Below the pieces are notes generated by a model. That model was not told the origin of the DNA, did no database searches, and worked only from the letters and a program-made list of their open reading frames with translations. A program made the position numbers and the translations under genes. Positions 1 to 12,566 of a DNA stretch of 64,000 nt are shown in pieces (the stretch's first letter is position 1; each line of letters begins with the position of its first letter). Where the stretch lies: the NCBI GenBank assembly GCA_002633005.1, contig NMRA01000696.1:134407-198406 (forward strand), given 5' to 3'. Source of the stretch: Phoronis australis (lineage: Eukaryota; Animalia; Phoronida).

Positions 1-277
1 CCCAGCCAGTGGCTCGGAACTCGATCAGGCCTATTACGGCCGGACTGAAGACATCACGAACATAAACCAGCCATAGTTTGAAACTAAACTTCCAGTCATG
101 AAAAGACTGTACTGGTGAGCCAAAGAAAAATGGCATGCGTGATTATTTTGGTAAATTAGTCGCGAAACTGCAAATCTACTTACTAGCTCGTCGGGGGCCG
201 CGAAGTCAGGTTACCCTTCCACAGAGCAGTCAGGGCAAAACTTCTACAGTAGCAATGATTCGAATAATGTATGTGTA

Positions 278-702
278 TAGACCCGTTTAGACATCAACTT
301 TTGGCCCGGCGCAACTGACACGAAGCAAAGTGACCCCTGTCAAGCGACCGTTTACACACACAACTCACTAACCGTGGCAAGACGGAAATTAAAGGCTGGA
401 GAGACTGGATCGCACATGCGCAGGTTTACAAATGACGACAGTTGCAGAGACAAAGAACCCATACGTAGGTCATTGCACAAGCGCAATAGAGACGATCCTT
501 TCCGCCTTACTCCAGTTTCGCGTTTAGACTTATAATTGACACGGCGCAAAATGTTCGGGCGCAAATTACTCTACCTCACAAACGGGTGGCAAAAATTTGT
601 CACCGCGGTGTCATTTTGCGCCGTGTCAGTCCATTTACACACTGGAACAACTTGTTTCGTGTCAGCTGATCCGTCTCAACTTTGTAAGTGTAAACGGCAC
701 TT
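278..702. mobile_element. MITE-like insertion (possibly PIF/Harbinger-type) nested in Kolobok copy 1
   Basis: About 425 bp absent from the other Kolobok copies, which read GAATAATGTA...TAAATAAAGATT contiguously. Imperfect TIRs CCGTTTAGACA / TGTAAACGG and internal inverted segments. Confidence 0.6.
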
Positions 703-1023
703 ATATCTAAATAAAGATTTCCCTAACATGTGACCATAGGATATAAAATAGAGTTATTGTTTCACGACAGCTTTCTGTCAGCAAACACTGAATTAGCATG
801 CGCTCACACGGCCTCGGTGCCAGGTCAATTACTTTATTGCATCTAAAGCCGGTAACGCAGCGATTTATTCACTGTTGGCTTCTCAAAATATTTGCACTCA
901 CGAACACTCCAAGGCATTACATATTGTGTATAATGAGACAAACTTTGTTTCAGTTTTATATAAGCATTGGTTAGAGTGAGCATAATTCATTTTGAAGCAG
1001 AACGCACAATAATAAACGTCAAC

Positions 1024-1436
1024 GTGGCAACTCCCAATCCCGACTTATACGAGAGCTCATCCGACGAAGACTTCACAGGTCGATAGTTAGTTTCAAGGGC
1101 TAACAGTTTGAACCAGAATACACTGATCAAGAAATAATGGAAAGGCTCCGTGAATGTACACAAACAATGGAACATATGTATTTGTAGTTCTAAAAAACGC
1201 TTGAATGAGTTGTCATGTTGTCAGTGAGCTAATTGCCCGATAATGGAAACGAGTGACGCTTGCGTTAGCTGCCATGAAATTCCACTTTCTTGGAGAAGAG
1301 CAGATGTGCCTTACAGACTATCCTGATTTTGCACCGCATCTAAACAGAGGTCTGCTTAGGTTTTTTTAGGGCTGAGAAAAAGAATGGTCGAAAACATCCA
1401 ACACCGAGAGGAAAAAACAGAAGCCTAACGAACAAG
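1024..1436 (+). pseudogene. Degenerate first exon of KolX (P2X7 C-terminal 'ballast'/nanor-like Cys-rich) gene of the Kolobok element
   Basis: Across frameshifts and stops it reads ATPNPDLYESSSDEDF...FEPEYTDQEI...RLNELSCCQ*ANCPIMETSDACVSCHEIP...CLTDYPDFAPHLNR...KHPTPRGKNRSLTNK, ending at AAG|GT (1436/1437). This matches the xYxFEP...WCxCxxCxxM...CCxE...CITxHxxF pattern of P2X7-Cter/KolX proteins. Confidence 0.75.
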
Positions 1437-1469
1437 GTTATATTAAACATTATGTTCTCACACCTTGAA

Positions 1470-3695
1470 TTACCGTAAACATTCAGGTTAACGCCCTGGG
1501 CGGTTAAATTGGCAAACCCAAAAAATCGGGTGTGGGCAGTTAACCGGACATGGGCGCTTAAACGTGAAATTTCAAGAAATCCAGGGTGGGCGGTTAACCG
1601 AACATGGGCGCTTATTACGACAGGCAACCGCTCTGGGCAGTTAATCTTATCTCGTGATCTAAGTCCCCGCAGCCTACACGTACTCAGAACACGTAGCACT
1701 TTTCAAAGAGCTTTAACATCACATCGCCACATGACGGGAAAAATGTCATAACAGCGGATGATCCCAACAAAGGTTCTATTGCCCGCAGATTAGTTATTCA
1801 CTATGAAATTTACAGAATTGCTCAGTAATAGCCCCATGCCGTCCTGCGGTCTTGCTACTTTGCCCTGTAGAGCACAGACGACCAGTGACCACGCAGCCTC
1901 TACTTGGATTGCCACTATTTCAAGATGTGACCTTGCTAAAGTGCGCGCGTGCAAGCTTCACGTGTTGCAGAGGTCACCTCGTACTGGCTGTCAAGTTCAT
2001 AGTCAGAAAGCAGTTGTAATAAAAGTTTGAAAAACTTAATTCTGATGTTTTTTAGTGTTTGGGATGTTTATACTCGACACTCCGTGACTCAAATGACATT
2101 TTCAGCATATGGTTCTGTGGCTAACTGTTTTATCTCTACCGCCCGGCATTGCTCACTTGCCGTTGCGCCAAACATGCTCGGCAAAGAAGTAAGACAAGAA
2201 TCGGGGTTAAGCGGCTGTGAGCCACTCGTCAATCAAGAATAAAATTTCGAGCCACGTCACAAAACAGCGATATTTCAATTCATTCTTAAACGATCACCGT
2301 ACCAAACTTCGTGGTGGAAAACATTTACATGCAAGATGTCCAGATTATCTTATTTATATCACCTACAATATCGCACTAAGGCACAGTTCGGTCCCGCTGT
2401 TAGCGCACAATGTCTCAGTCGGCTGACAATCGTGATTTGGAAATGCCGTCGAGTAATATAACGACCTCTTTCAATATGCATCTCGTTTTTTATGGCCTAA
2501 GATAGCGTCGGGATTCAGCACGCACGTAGGGCCTACGTGTGAGTCACCTGCCAATCACATGTTGGTGTCAAGGCAACATGCACTCCAAAGTGTGGGAACT
2601 TGCGCGCATGCACCACTACAAAGTCACACATCAAAAGAGAACAGCGACAGTCTTGAGTAACAGAAACGGGAGTGACTAAGTACTTTAAGCTGTTACGAAA
2701 GATGCAGTTCTTCCATTGCCAACGTTCCCCAAAACTGCAATGTCAAGTCTATTCAAATATTTCCCGGCTCGATATTCCCTAAGCCCATGCCCGTAGCTAG
2801 CTGCGTGCACCTCCTACCCACTATCGCCAATTTTCATTCAGTCTTCGTCGTAGATATTTCAGACTCGAATGGTAAGAATTTTTGTTCAGGCTGAAACTGG
2901 CCAATGTACAAACAAAATTATTCTGCATGGCTAAAAAGGGAATGCGGAAACAATAATTCACACAATCACGCTTACGTGGGGGCTGACGCAAGACATAGTA
3001 AAGAACAGCCAGCGACATTAGTTAAATTTGCTAGCGCCAGTTTGACTGAGATGCAATAAGCGAAGAACAAAATTTGACTAGCAGTTTTTTATTACCTCAA
3101 GATCATACACAAACATACATTATTGCCAACCTTTGAATTCAGAAATCGATAGGCAGCAACGAAATCAGTAAGGCACTAATACGAGCGCTTTCAACCTTAT
3201 GAGAATTTGGAGGGTTGGCAAAACCATTGTCACATTTCTCTGGCCTGATTTTTTCGAATATATATTTTATCACGTGCATGCAGACGGAAACTCAGCGCGG
3301 CAGACTAAGTCGCCGAAAGTGGAAGTTTTGACGCCGGTGGCGTCCTTAAACTTGGTAAACATGGGAAGAAAATAAAGTGACAAAAACGTTAAAGTATTTT
3401 ATTTTGAAGTGAGTCCATGACCCAAGACAATAACTCGTTATTTGTATTGTAATGCACATTGCTGAACCACCGTCTCGGAGGCCCGGCGTCGTTGCGCTCA
3501 TTGTGATCATCGATCTTTTTCTAAAAGTCCGGGAATCGCGCGTTTCCTTAGCACTGGGCGCTAAATCTTCATTCTTTAAAAGTTAGGGATGGGCGCTTAA
3601 CGAAAAGGTGGGCGCTTAACTGGAAATCTTCAAAAATCGCAGGGGGCGCTTAACCGAACAGTGGACGGTTAAATCGAAAATCCACCTAAGTACGG
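1470..3695. mobile_element. Non-autonomous DNA-transposon-like insertion with subterminal GGGCG(C/G)TTAA motif clusters, nested in Kolobok copy 1
   Basis: Starts TACCGTAAA and ends ...AGTACGG. Clusters of GGGCGCTTAA/GGGCGGTTAA lie at 1495-1615 and 3555-3675. Absent from the other Kolobok copies. Confidence 0.55.
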
Positions 3696-5959
3696 AGTGG
3701 GCGCAGTCACTGTGCAGAAGAACCACTGATGTCGCTGCGTCGTTTCTTATCTTCCTCACATGTCAACGCGACACCTCTCGGCGAGGTAAGATTGACCATT
3801 TAAGGTGAAGTGGATATAGACCGATTAAGACAGTAAAAAGACTACTTAAATCGGGTGGCATTGTCCTTTAACTTCTTTAGCTTACAATATGGTTGACAAG
3901 TAAAATTCTATTATGACAAATTTCTCCACAAAAAGATAGATTAAACAATTTTTATTCCATTATTGGCATGGTCTGTAAATGTATTGCGTAAATGTCACAT
4001 AACAGTAGGTAAGTTTCCACTGTTTGCAGCAAAATAAACAGCTTAAAAAATAATATTTTGGCAATTATTTTTGTACAAAATAAGTAAAGAATTATCATAT
4101 TTATGTCCACACTTTGCAACAACAATTTATTATTCACTAGGTGGTGCTAATAAAAATAGCAATATATCACAAACTGTAGCAATAGCAAAAACTGTGGTAA
4201 TGTTTCACTGTGTCACAATTTATAGATGTGGGATTGCATGAACTGTGATAACTTTCATATTGAGATAGTTTGTAAACAAACCTCAGCAGCACAAAACTAT
4301 TGTTAATTAGGAAAACACCTTGTAACGAAATCAGAAACAACAGCTTAAAAACTAAATGAACAAATGCACTACCTAACAATATCACTGACAATGGTTTGCA
4401 TACTACCTCACAATATCACCGACAATGGTTTGCATACTACCGTAAACTTAATTTTGGAAAAAAGAATTGCCACAATGTCTTATTTTAAAGGTCTTCAAAA
4501 TTTGTTGTGAATGCCCACAGCTTTCCACAACTCTCTTTACTGGTAGCTTTGGTGAGCAGCCTTGTCACCTTGGGTTGCTCGGAGTGCCTCCACTCCCCAA
4601 TCGTCAGCCATTTTCATGGGAGGTACAGGAACACCCATTCCATAACTCAAAAAATTTCATAAATAGTAACTGCATCCAACTGCATTTTGTTTAGGTATGT
4701 AGAGTATTTAAGTTTGTCCAGTTGTAACTATCTGTGGTCTAGCATGTCCCCTCTTCACACCTCAACAGATTAAGAGCAGAAAGTACCATAGTTCATCAGC
4801 ACAGTGCCTGTACAGATGAGGCAAAATACTCAGTGACACATATAGACAAATCAATTCATCCTCTGCAGTAGAGTTATCTCCCTTGTCGCTGGTGCTGAAC
4901 GACATTGGGATACCCGATGTTTTCAGCATCTCATTGGAGACAAGTCAGGTAATCACTGAATGGCAGCTTAAGAATGGCACTAAATGAACAATAACAAGCG
5001 AGAGATTTGTTGTTGTGAACAGATGTAATTATGCTTTTTGAATGTGGTGGGTCACCACGCTCAAGTTTGAAACTCCTACCTAAGCTCTAATTTGACCACC
5101 ACCCTCAAATTTGGAGCTCAATTTTTTTTCTTGATTACTCGGTCCTATCAAGTGGTCTCAACCCGTAAACTTACGACTGTCATAGTTTTCAGTCTAATCC
5201 TCCCTACAGTATAAATCCAAGACACAGGCCATTGTGGTCTCCCTTTCTGGACTTAAGTAAACATTGCCACTGAAAGCGTAACCCATTTGGCTCAAGTTTT
5301 GTCCTAGTAAAACGCTGGTAGCTTTCATTTGGCACTGCTGGTAATCGAATTCGCACTTTCCTCACCAATGTCATTGACGACCTGGAAAAATTCCATGTCG
5401 CCACGAGGTCGCCACTGCAAGCACCAAGTCTGACAATAATTCCCTGTAAAATCATTTTAAGATTCGTGTTGACTTCCAAACTTTCAATTACTGTTTTCCT
5501 ATTTTTATTACCTTTGATTCACAATTATTCCGTTTATTTTGAAAATTCAGCGCATTTTCCACCACTTTTAAATTACAACAGGAAATAAAGACAGAAGTCA
5601 GAATTGTTGAGCAAAAATCGGGCAAGATCAGCGAAATTTGCACCACCAGCCCATGCAGTCCCGTGCTCTTTTGTGGGCGGGAGGAACAATTGAGTCACAG
5701 AATGAATGTACGAACATAAATAGATTTACGGAGGGAAATTAGGGAAACAGGATGCCGTTACAACCGTACACCGAATAAGAAACTTGTGACTTTGTCGGCG
5801 CCATACGCCGGAGATGACGTTCAGTTTTGCCGACCTCAGATTTCGTGTGGCGGCCTAAGACTTTAGCTAGGTCGACAAATGCGACTTAGCATTTAGCTAA
5901 GCGTCGAGCGCTGAACCTAGTGGTGTAAACAGCATTTTAACACCTTTCCTGCTATAACA

Positions 5960-6137
5960 ATGTCAGCAAATTTCCACTGCTGTGTGGCGGGATGGACCAA
6001 CATCTTATGAAAATGGCAAACCTTTTGAACTATCAGTTGATGAGCAAGGACACCCTGTGAAGATGTATCCCCGACAAAGGCAATGGCTGCCGCTGATAAA
6101 GGGGGAGAATTTCAATTCCAGTCAAAAAGCTAAAATA
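5960..6137 (+). pseudogene. Degenerate THAP zinc-finger N-terminus (transposase remnant, distinct from the Kolobok THAP)
   Basis: MSANFHCCVAGWTN...(stops/frameshift)...RQRQWLPLIKGENFNSSQKAKI fits the THAP pattern C-x-V-x-GCxN...R..W...I.RxNF.P...xxIC. Confidence 0.55.
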
Positions 6138-7440
6138 AATTACTGAACTTTAACTAATCAAACATTGGGATGAGCTGACAGTGGAATCTAGTCTTCTACT
6201 TTTATATTTATGAACCACTTTGTAATTGAATTTCTGTACACCGCATCTGAGTCAAGATCAATCGGAAATCACATTCCTGCTCTTATTACTCTAGAGAGCG
6301 CCAATATGAAAAGTCCCCTATTATGACACAGAAGTCAACTAGGGAGAAATGGTGTGTGTTATTTGACTACAGACACACAACTGTCATGCTAAAATTGCAG
6401 TGGCAACAAAAACATAAATAACTTCAAATTGCTCTCCTAGCGAAAATCTCAAAATACAAAATTTTGTCAATCCATGTTTTCACATTGACATATGAACTCA
6501 TATCTTTTATTCATCAGCAAAGCAGATTAGTTATTAAACTGCAGTAAGCCACAATGCATACAATAGCTTCCATTCATAGATTAATCTGTATGAAGACAGC
6601 TTTTTCTCTGGACACACACAACATTTTAAACAAAACTACAAAAACAATTGACAGATTCACTGTCATGCTAGGTGAGAAGTGAATGAACCAATGTTTTATG
6701 TTGAATACATGAGTTCAAACACTTGAAACAATCAAATTTCAATCACTTCGTTGGTAAAACTTAACGACATATCAATAATGGATGTGAACAAATTACAACT
6801 AAAAACAAAGAAGTTCCATGACTCAGCAGGTAAAGTCCAGTCAATTTAACTTTTAATCCATGACATGAGAAAAGTACTGCAATGCAACCAAAACAAAAAA
6901 TCAACTTTCACATCAGCTTTCATAGCAGAGAAGTGACATCTTGATGTTCTTTGAGAAAATCAATGAAACCATTTTATACTGATGGCATTTGTGGCCCCCT
7001 GCAGGGTAGTCATTAAAAAATGCTAATAAATTCCATAACTAAGATTGTCAGTTAGCTCAAGACTTCTACTATGTTAACGCAGTCACCAGAATAAACACAA
7101 GACTTTGGCTGTGTTATACAGATGCAAGAAATCTGCAAAAATGTAAGATCAGGCAAGTCTACATGAGAAACCACCATGCATTACAAATCAAGCACATGAC
7201 CACACTAGCCTCACTCGTACGTCTACAGAATGATGCTCCGGTATAACACAGCACATTTTACTCTTTCAATGTCAAGGAGTTGGTAGTATTAAAATAGAAA
7301 CATAAGAATGAACCCCTAGATAGTTACAGATGCCAAATCCAACAAAGCGTCATGCAAATCCACTACTTTTAGCCATGAAGCTGTCTACTGGTTTGCTTTG
7401 ATGAGACATCTGATATGGTTTTGGTGGTCTAGTTGCCTGA

Positions 7441-7665
7441 AGCCTCACCTGTGTCAGTATACACCTCATGGACAAATGGAGCCTCACTTGTGTCATTATA
7501 CACCTAATGGACAAATGGAGCCTCACCTGTGTCAGTATACACCTCATGGACAAATGGAGCCTCACTTGTGTCATTACACCTCATGGGCAAATGGAGCCTC
7601 ACTTGTGTCATTATACACCTAATGGACAAATGGAGACTCACTTGTGTCAGTATGCACCTCATGCA
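7441..7665. repeat. Minisatellite, ~39-bp unit, ~5.5 copies
   Basis: Unit GAGCCTCACTTGTGTCATTATACACCTCATGGACAAATG; explains the repetitive ORFs at 7350-7735. Confidence 0.95.
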
Positions 7666-8027
7666 CAAATGCTATTGTCATTCCCCTAATGAACACTCTT
7701 GCAAGAGTTTGTCCAATTTCCAACATTCACTATGAACTATTATATTAGATCATTGACCATAACTTATGGAAACGAACCAGCTTATAATAGACTCATTTCT
7801 TAACTTGTTGTTAGACATTTGCCAAAGTCTGAACGTGGGAATGCAAATTTAACCATCACTAGTTTGGAGTTTTAAATCTGTTCATGTTTTGATCAATCAA
7901 GAATAACATCACAATACAGTTTACTTCTTTCATGGACCAGGTCTCATACCCTGGCTGTAGCAGTAGTGCCCAACTGTGATAGCCTGTTACCATGCCAACA
8001 CACAACTCAAAGACAGCTTGGCTCACA

Positions 8028-8783
8028 TAACAAGAGCAACGCAGAGCATTGAAATGCACCAACGAAGGCACCGCAAACGGTGTGCTTCTAGGGGTGTTTA
8101 TTTAGAACATAAAAATGACCATTAAATGGTGCAAAATACATCAAATCCATCCGAAAACTAGTATGTGTCATCAAATCTATTTACCAAATTTCATAAAAAT
8201 CCGTCAAGGAACTTCTGAGAAACCGAGGAAAACGAAAAAAATGAAATTGCCACTAGGAGGCTATAGAGAAAAAAACGTAACTGCCACTAAGAGGCGCCAC
8301 AGTAGATGAAGTCATCAGAAAATCATCGTCAGACTACCTCTTCACATTAGGAACATACTTGCCAATTTCCACAACCATCCTTAGAGTGGTTTGGTTGGCA
8401 GAGGGGCAGACGCCAAATACTAAGACTCGAATACAGTAAAAATGACCACTTGGTGCCGCAAAATACCACGAGTCAAAACGAAAACCGGAGGATAGCATCA
8501 ACTCATTAATAGATGCCTATCTGCCAAATTTTATGAAAATCCATTGCGGACCTCCGAAGATAGAGAGGTAAGCGTAAAAAACTACAATTGCCACACTGGG
8601 AGGCACGCCAGCAGTCGGAGAGGTCCGAAATTCGTCATCCATCGTCAGCTTCATAGAAAAACATCTGCCAAATCTCATCCAGGTCCTGTAAGCGGTTTAG
8701 GAGATACAGCAGTGGACGCCAGATGCCCAGACAAAGATGACGGCAATATGCGACCACATATAAATAGGTGGGCACATAACAAG
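8028..8783 (+). mobile_element. Interspersed repeat with 3' hairpin (Helentron/HINE- or pearl-like non-autonomous element), copy A
   Basis: 8370-8780 is homologous to 34660-35068. It ends in the hairpin TATGCGACCACATATAAATAGGTGGGCACATA and begins near AACAAGAG. Family assignment is inferred. Confidence 0.6.
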
Positions 8784-9350
8784 TGCTTTTAGTTGTGTCC
8801 AGACAAGTAGTAGCCCTGGCACAGGACCACCCAGGGGAAGCTTGTCCCCAGTCAGCCAAACAGACACAACTATAAGCTGCCAGTGTAAAGGAAAAAGTGA
8901 GACACAGTCATTCATTGCATGTGTCAAGGCAGGAAGATGCCAACAAGAGTCAACCAGCAAAAACAATTTATTTCTTCCACCATGACACCTTGTCTGACCA
9001 CTACACTGGCACTTGACCCACTGCTGCAATTTCCATCACCTCGATCTGATCAAAAGGTTAACAGACGAAAAGCAATCAAGAAAGAGCAGAGATTTCAACC
9101 CCAGAGCACAAATTTGTACTTTCTGTCCTTTTCACCCAAAATCCTACGATTCTCACAATTAACCTTACTAAAACACCTTTGAACAGCCAGGTGGTGCCAT
9201 CAGTTGTGACTTTACTAGTCTGTAAAACAATTCTATAAATATTCTTGCTCATCATTCAGATTAGACATTAAACAAAGCACTGTTAGGTCACATCCTGTCA
9301 CAGTTGCACAAACTGTTGTAAGATCCTCAAAGCACAAACTGTCATGATAA

Positions 9351-9512
9351 TCATTCGTTGCAACAATTCACAGTATGCAGGGTTGCACATATTGCTGTAA
9401 CCCTCATTCGTTGCAACAATTCACAATATGCAGGGTTGCACATATTGCCGTAACCCTCATTCGTTGCAACAATTCACAATATGCAGGGTTGCACATATTG
9501 CTGTAACCCTCA
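9351..9512. repeat. Tandem repeat, ~53-bp unit x3
   Basis: TCATTCGTTGCAACAATTCACAATATGCAGGGTTGCACATATTGCTGTAACCC x3. Confidence 0.95.
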
Positions 9513-10525
9513 AATTGGACAGCTTGCGCAGACCTTAGAAGTACAAACTATAGCAATATAACCAATCTACAATTGGGTGTAGTGACGGCTAGTTCAGTCT
9601 TGGGCTTGGGCATGGACGAATTCTGCACTGAAAATGGCTGACAACAAGTGAAGTGGGGAAAGTTGCAGTGATAGAAAGGACAAGACTGTTGTCTCTCTTG
9701 GAATGGATAATTCTGATAAACGCCGCCGTCAGACCAGTTCTACCATGGCTACCACGGCAACCATCTTTACAATACTGAGACACATTAATCAACATGGATT
9801 GTGGGGGAAGTAAACAAGCAAATGCTGCTGTATTTCCAAGAAACCAAACCTTTGAATCCATCCGTAGATGGTGCCAGTCCACTGACAGGTCAAACTTCAT
9901 TTAAAGATGCCTGATTAATTCAAAGTTGTATTGCAGGTTCCAGTAGTTTTTCTGGCAAGATTAAAAGGTGCTCCTGTAAGCCATTCCATGGAACAAATGG
10001 TGATGGGGAAACACACACGTAAGTTGATTGCATTTGAAAGTTGTCTAACTGTCCACTGTTGGTCTAGAGTTGGAAATTAAGAAAGTGTCTTGGGCCCTTG
10101 GAGTTCACAAAAAATAAACACAATTTGTGCTTGGAAGATTTGTACAGACTGTTGCAAATTGAGGACAATGACAGTTTGTGTTCTAACAGACCACTTTATA
10201 CAGTAGTGTTCAATATTTAGAATTAGGTATCATTGAATAACGAATTTGTTTTTCAGTGCAAGTAACAAGTTCACAAAATCAGTGGTATACCATGCCCAGT
10301 AACCCACAACCCAACTTACCATGCATAGTTTGTCTCAAAACAGACACGTTTTCTAATATCTTATCGCTGTGTTCAGGGGCTATCTGCATAGCACGGAGGT
10401 GAGATGGCTGTAACTGGCACACCTAAAACAGAAAAACAACAGCTTTGAAATAACAGATGTAACTACGGTCAACACTTTAGATACCTGTTTCCCCACGTAT
10501 CAAACTAGACATACTATGCACTTAA

Positions 10526-11894
10526 AGGAGCATGCCACCCAAAAAACAACCTATTTTGTATCCATCTAGATCGAGTAGTTCTACTCGATAACGGCACATT
10601 CGGTTGCGTTACCTGACACTTGACGGCAGACGGAGGTGTTGAAATTATCCAATGACGTCATTGGTTTCAAACGCAGTCTGTTCAGCAGTTCACAACACGG
10701 GTTACTGGTGTCAGCTTATTGCTTTAATTCATTGTTTCACACCAATAAATCATCAAACTTCGACGTAAAATCCTTAAAAATACACTGAGTTCTTACAAAA
10801 ACGTGTTTTATTTCGCTATTAAGGATTTATTGGTTTTGGACACACCGTAGCCCACGAAGTTCGGCAGGCCAATTTACTAAGGTCCGTAGCAGGAGTTAGG
10901 GGTCTGTTCGGAGATAAATTCGAAGTATTCTTCCAGAAGTACAGACAGGAGAACCTAGATCTGTGTTGTTTAGACTTGTGAGGGGGGGGGGGAAGAAGTT
11001 GTACATTGACAATCATTATTTGAATAATGTATAGGTAAATAAAGATTCCCCTAACACCTGGCCCTGGAATAGTTTCTGTCAGCAAACACTGAATTGGCAT
11101 GCGCTCACATGGCCTCAGTGTCCGGTCAATTAGTTTTATTGCACCTAAAGCTAGGTAATGCAGTGATTTACTCATTGCTGGCTTCTCAGTCAAATCCTTT
11201 GCACTAACGAACACTCCAAAGGCATTACAAGTTGCATCTGAGACAGACTTTGTTTCAGTTTCATATAAGTATTGGTTAGGGTGAGAATAATTCATTTTGA
11301 AACAGAACGCTCAGTAATAAACATCAACATGGCAACTCGCAATCCCGACTTAGATGAGAGCTCATCAGACGAAGACTTCGCAGGAGGATCATTAAGTTTC
11401 ACAGGCTATCAGTTCGAACCGGAATACAGTGATGAAGAAATACTGGAGAGGCGCCGTGAACAAGCTCAGGCAACGGAACGTATGGATACTTATTTGGTAA
11501 GCCGGCATTCGTCAGACTCACTGTCGACGACTGCAGGCCACAGACACAGAGATGTTTCACAGCCTCACACTTGCTATTTACAGCGTCCTTTTCATTCTTT
11601 ACAACCGTGAGCCACTTTCTAAGCATTTCAGACTCTCGAGGAAGTTGCATGGAAAAACGATATACCCGCTTTCCTCACAGCTGCATACAGTTCGGACAAG
11701 CAAGAACGATGCACCGCAACATAGGGGCATTCATTCTGCAAATGAACCACTGACGTCGCTGCGTCGTTTCTCACCTTCCTCACAGGTTAACGTGACACCT
11801 CTCGGCAATGTAAGGTCGACCGTATGCGAGGCGATGTGGATATACACCGATTAAGACAGTAAAAAAGACTAATTAAATCAGGTGGCATTCTCCT
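10526..11894 (+). mobile_element. Kolobok-type non-autonomous DNA transposon, copy 2, both ends intact
   Basis: TTAA(10522-10525)|AGGAGCATGCCACCC ... GGTGGCATTCTCCT|TTAA(11895-11898). Internal KolX start on + (ATG 11329, MATRNPDLDESSSDEDF...GYQFEPEYSDEE) converges with a THAP start on - (ATG 11730; RKWLTVVKNE...KHLCVCG). Confidence 0.9.
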
Positions 11895-12080
11895 TTAAGA
11901 CACCCGTTTCCCCACATATCAAACTAGACATACCATGCCGTGACGCCCATTATATGTGAATATAAAGGCATTTAGAAAATGGAAATATATAACTGTTGTT
12001 AAATGCTGACATACTTTTTTAATTGCTGGGAGTAAAACTTGCTGTCACTCAGCAAAACCAATATCTACAACAGTGCCATG

Positions 12081-12566
12081 CAGGCCTTTATGCAGCGTAC
12101 GTCCTGGGCATACAAATGGACACCCTAGCAGTAATCTGGACCCCTGGTAAGCACCCCCACTGTATCATTTGGACGCCCTATGTATCATTTGGATGCTCAC
12201 TGTCAATAGGAACCATTCAAGTTTGGACTCACACATTGTAATGAATACTGTGAAGCCTCTGAAAGCTCACAGTGGGGGCTCTTTTTTCAAAGCAGGAAGA
12301 AATATACATTGTTGCTATGCTCACACTTGGTTGATAGCATTGTAAAAGTCTTGGTCTACAGTTTTGTTTTAGTAAAAATGCTCACTAGAGAAGGCTGTTT
12401 TGTAAACTTAGATGTAAAAACCTTGGTCTATGCATTTTTTGTAAAAAAATCTGTGTTTGGGGGGATTGCTGAGGGTGGGGGGTTACGCGTCGAAATCATG
12501 GACACCCTGGAATATTGGGAACCCCATTTTGGACACCCTATTTTCAAAATCCTGGATAAAGGCCTG
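12081..12566. mobile_element. hAT-type MITE, copy A (486 bp)
   Basis: TIRs CAGGCCTTTAT / ATAAAGGCCTG; perfect 8-bp TSD GTGCCATG (12073-12080, 12567-12574); homologous copy at 27284-27741. Confidence 0.9.

Larger units (their letters stand above)
1..3867 (+). mobile_element. Kolobok-type (TTAA/T2-like) DNA transposon, copy 1; left end outside window; carries two nested insertions
   Basis: Right terminus GGGTGGCATTGTCCT|TTAA (ends 3867, TTAA 3868-3871). Segments 1-275, 703-1180 and 3706-3867 align by eye with the copies at 10526-11894 and 36578-39514. Confidence 0.85.

Noticed and set aside
7350-7735. Repeat-rich ORFs and CRISPR-like periodicity (also 25093-25552, 30107-30510, 41359-42217, 57341-57646, 62024-62227)
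   Set aside because: Head-to-tail minisatellites with no unique spacers and no cas genes; the ORFs are open simply because unit lengths are multiples of three.
9589-9900. 103-aa minus-strand ORF as a SAM-gene exon
   Set aside because: No recognisable domain or convincing splice sites.
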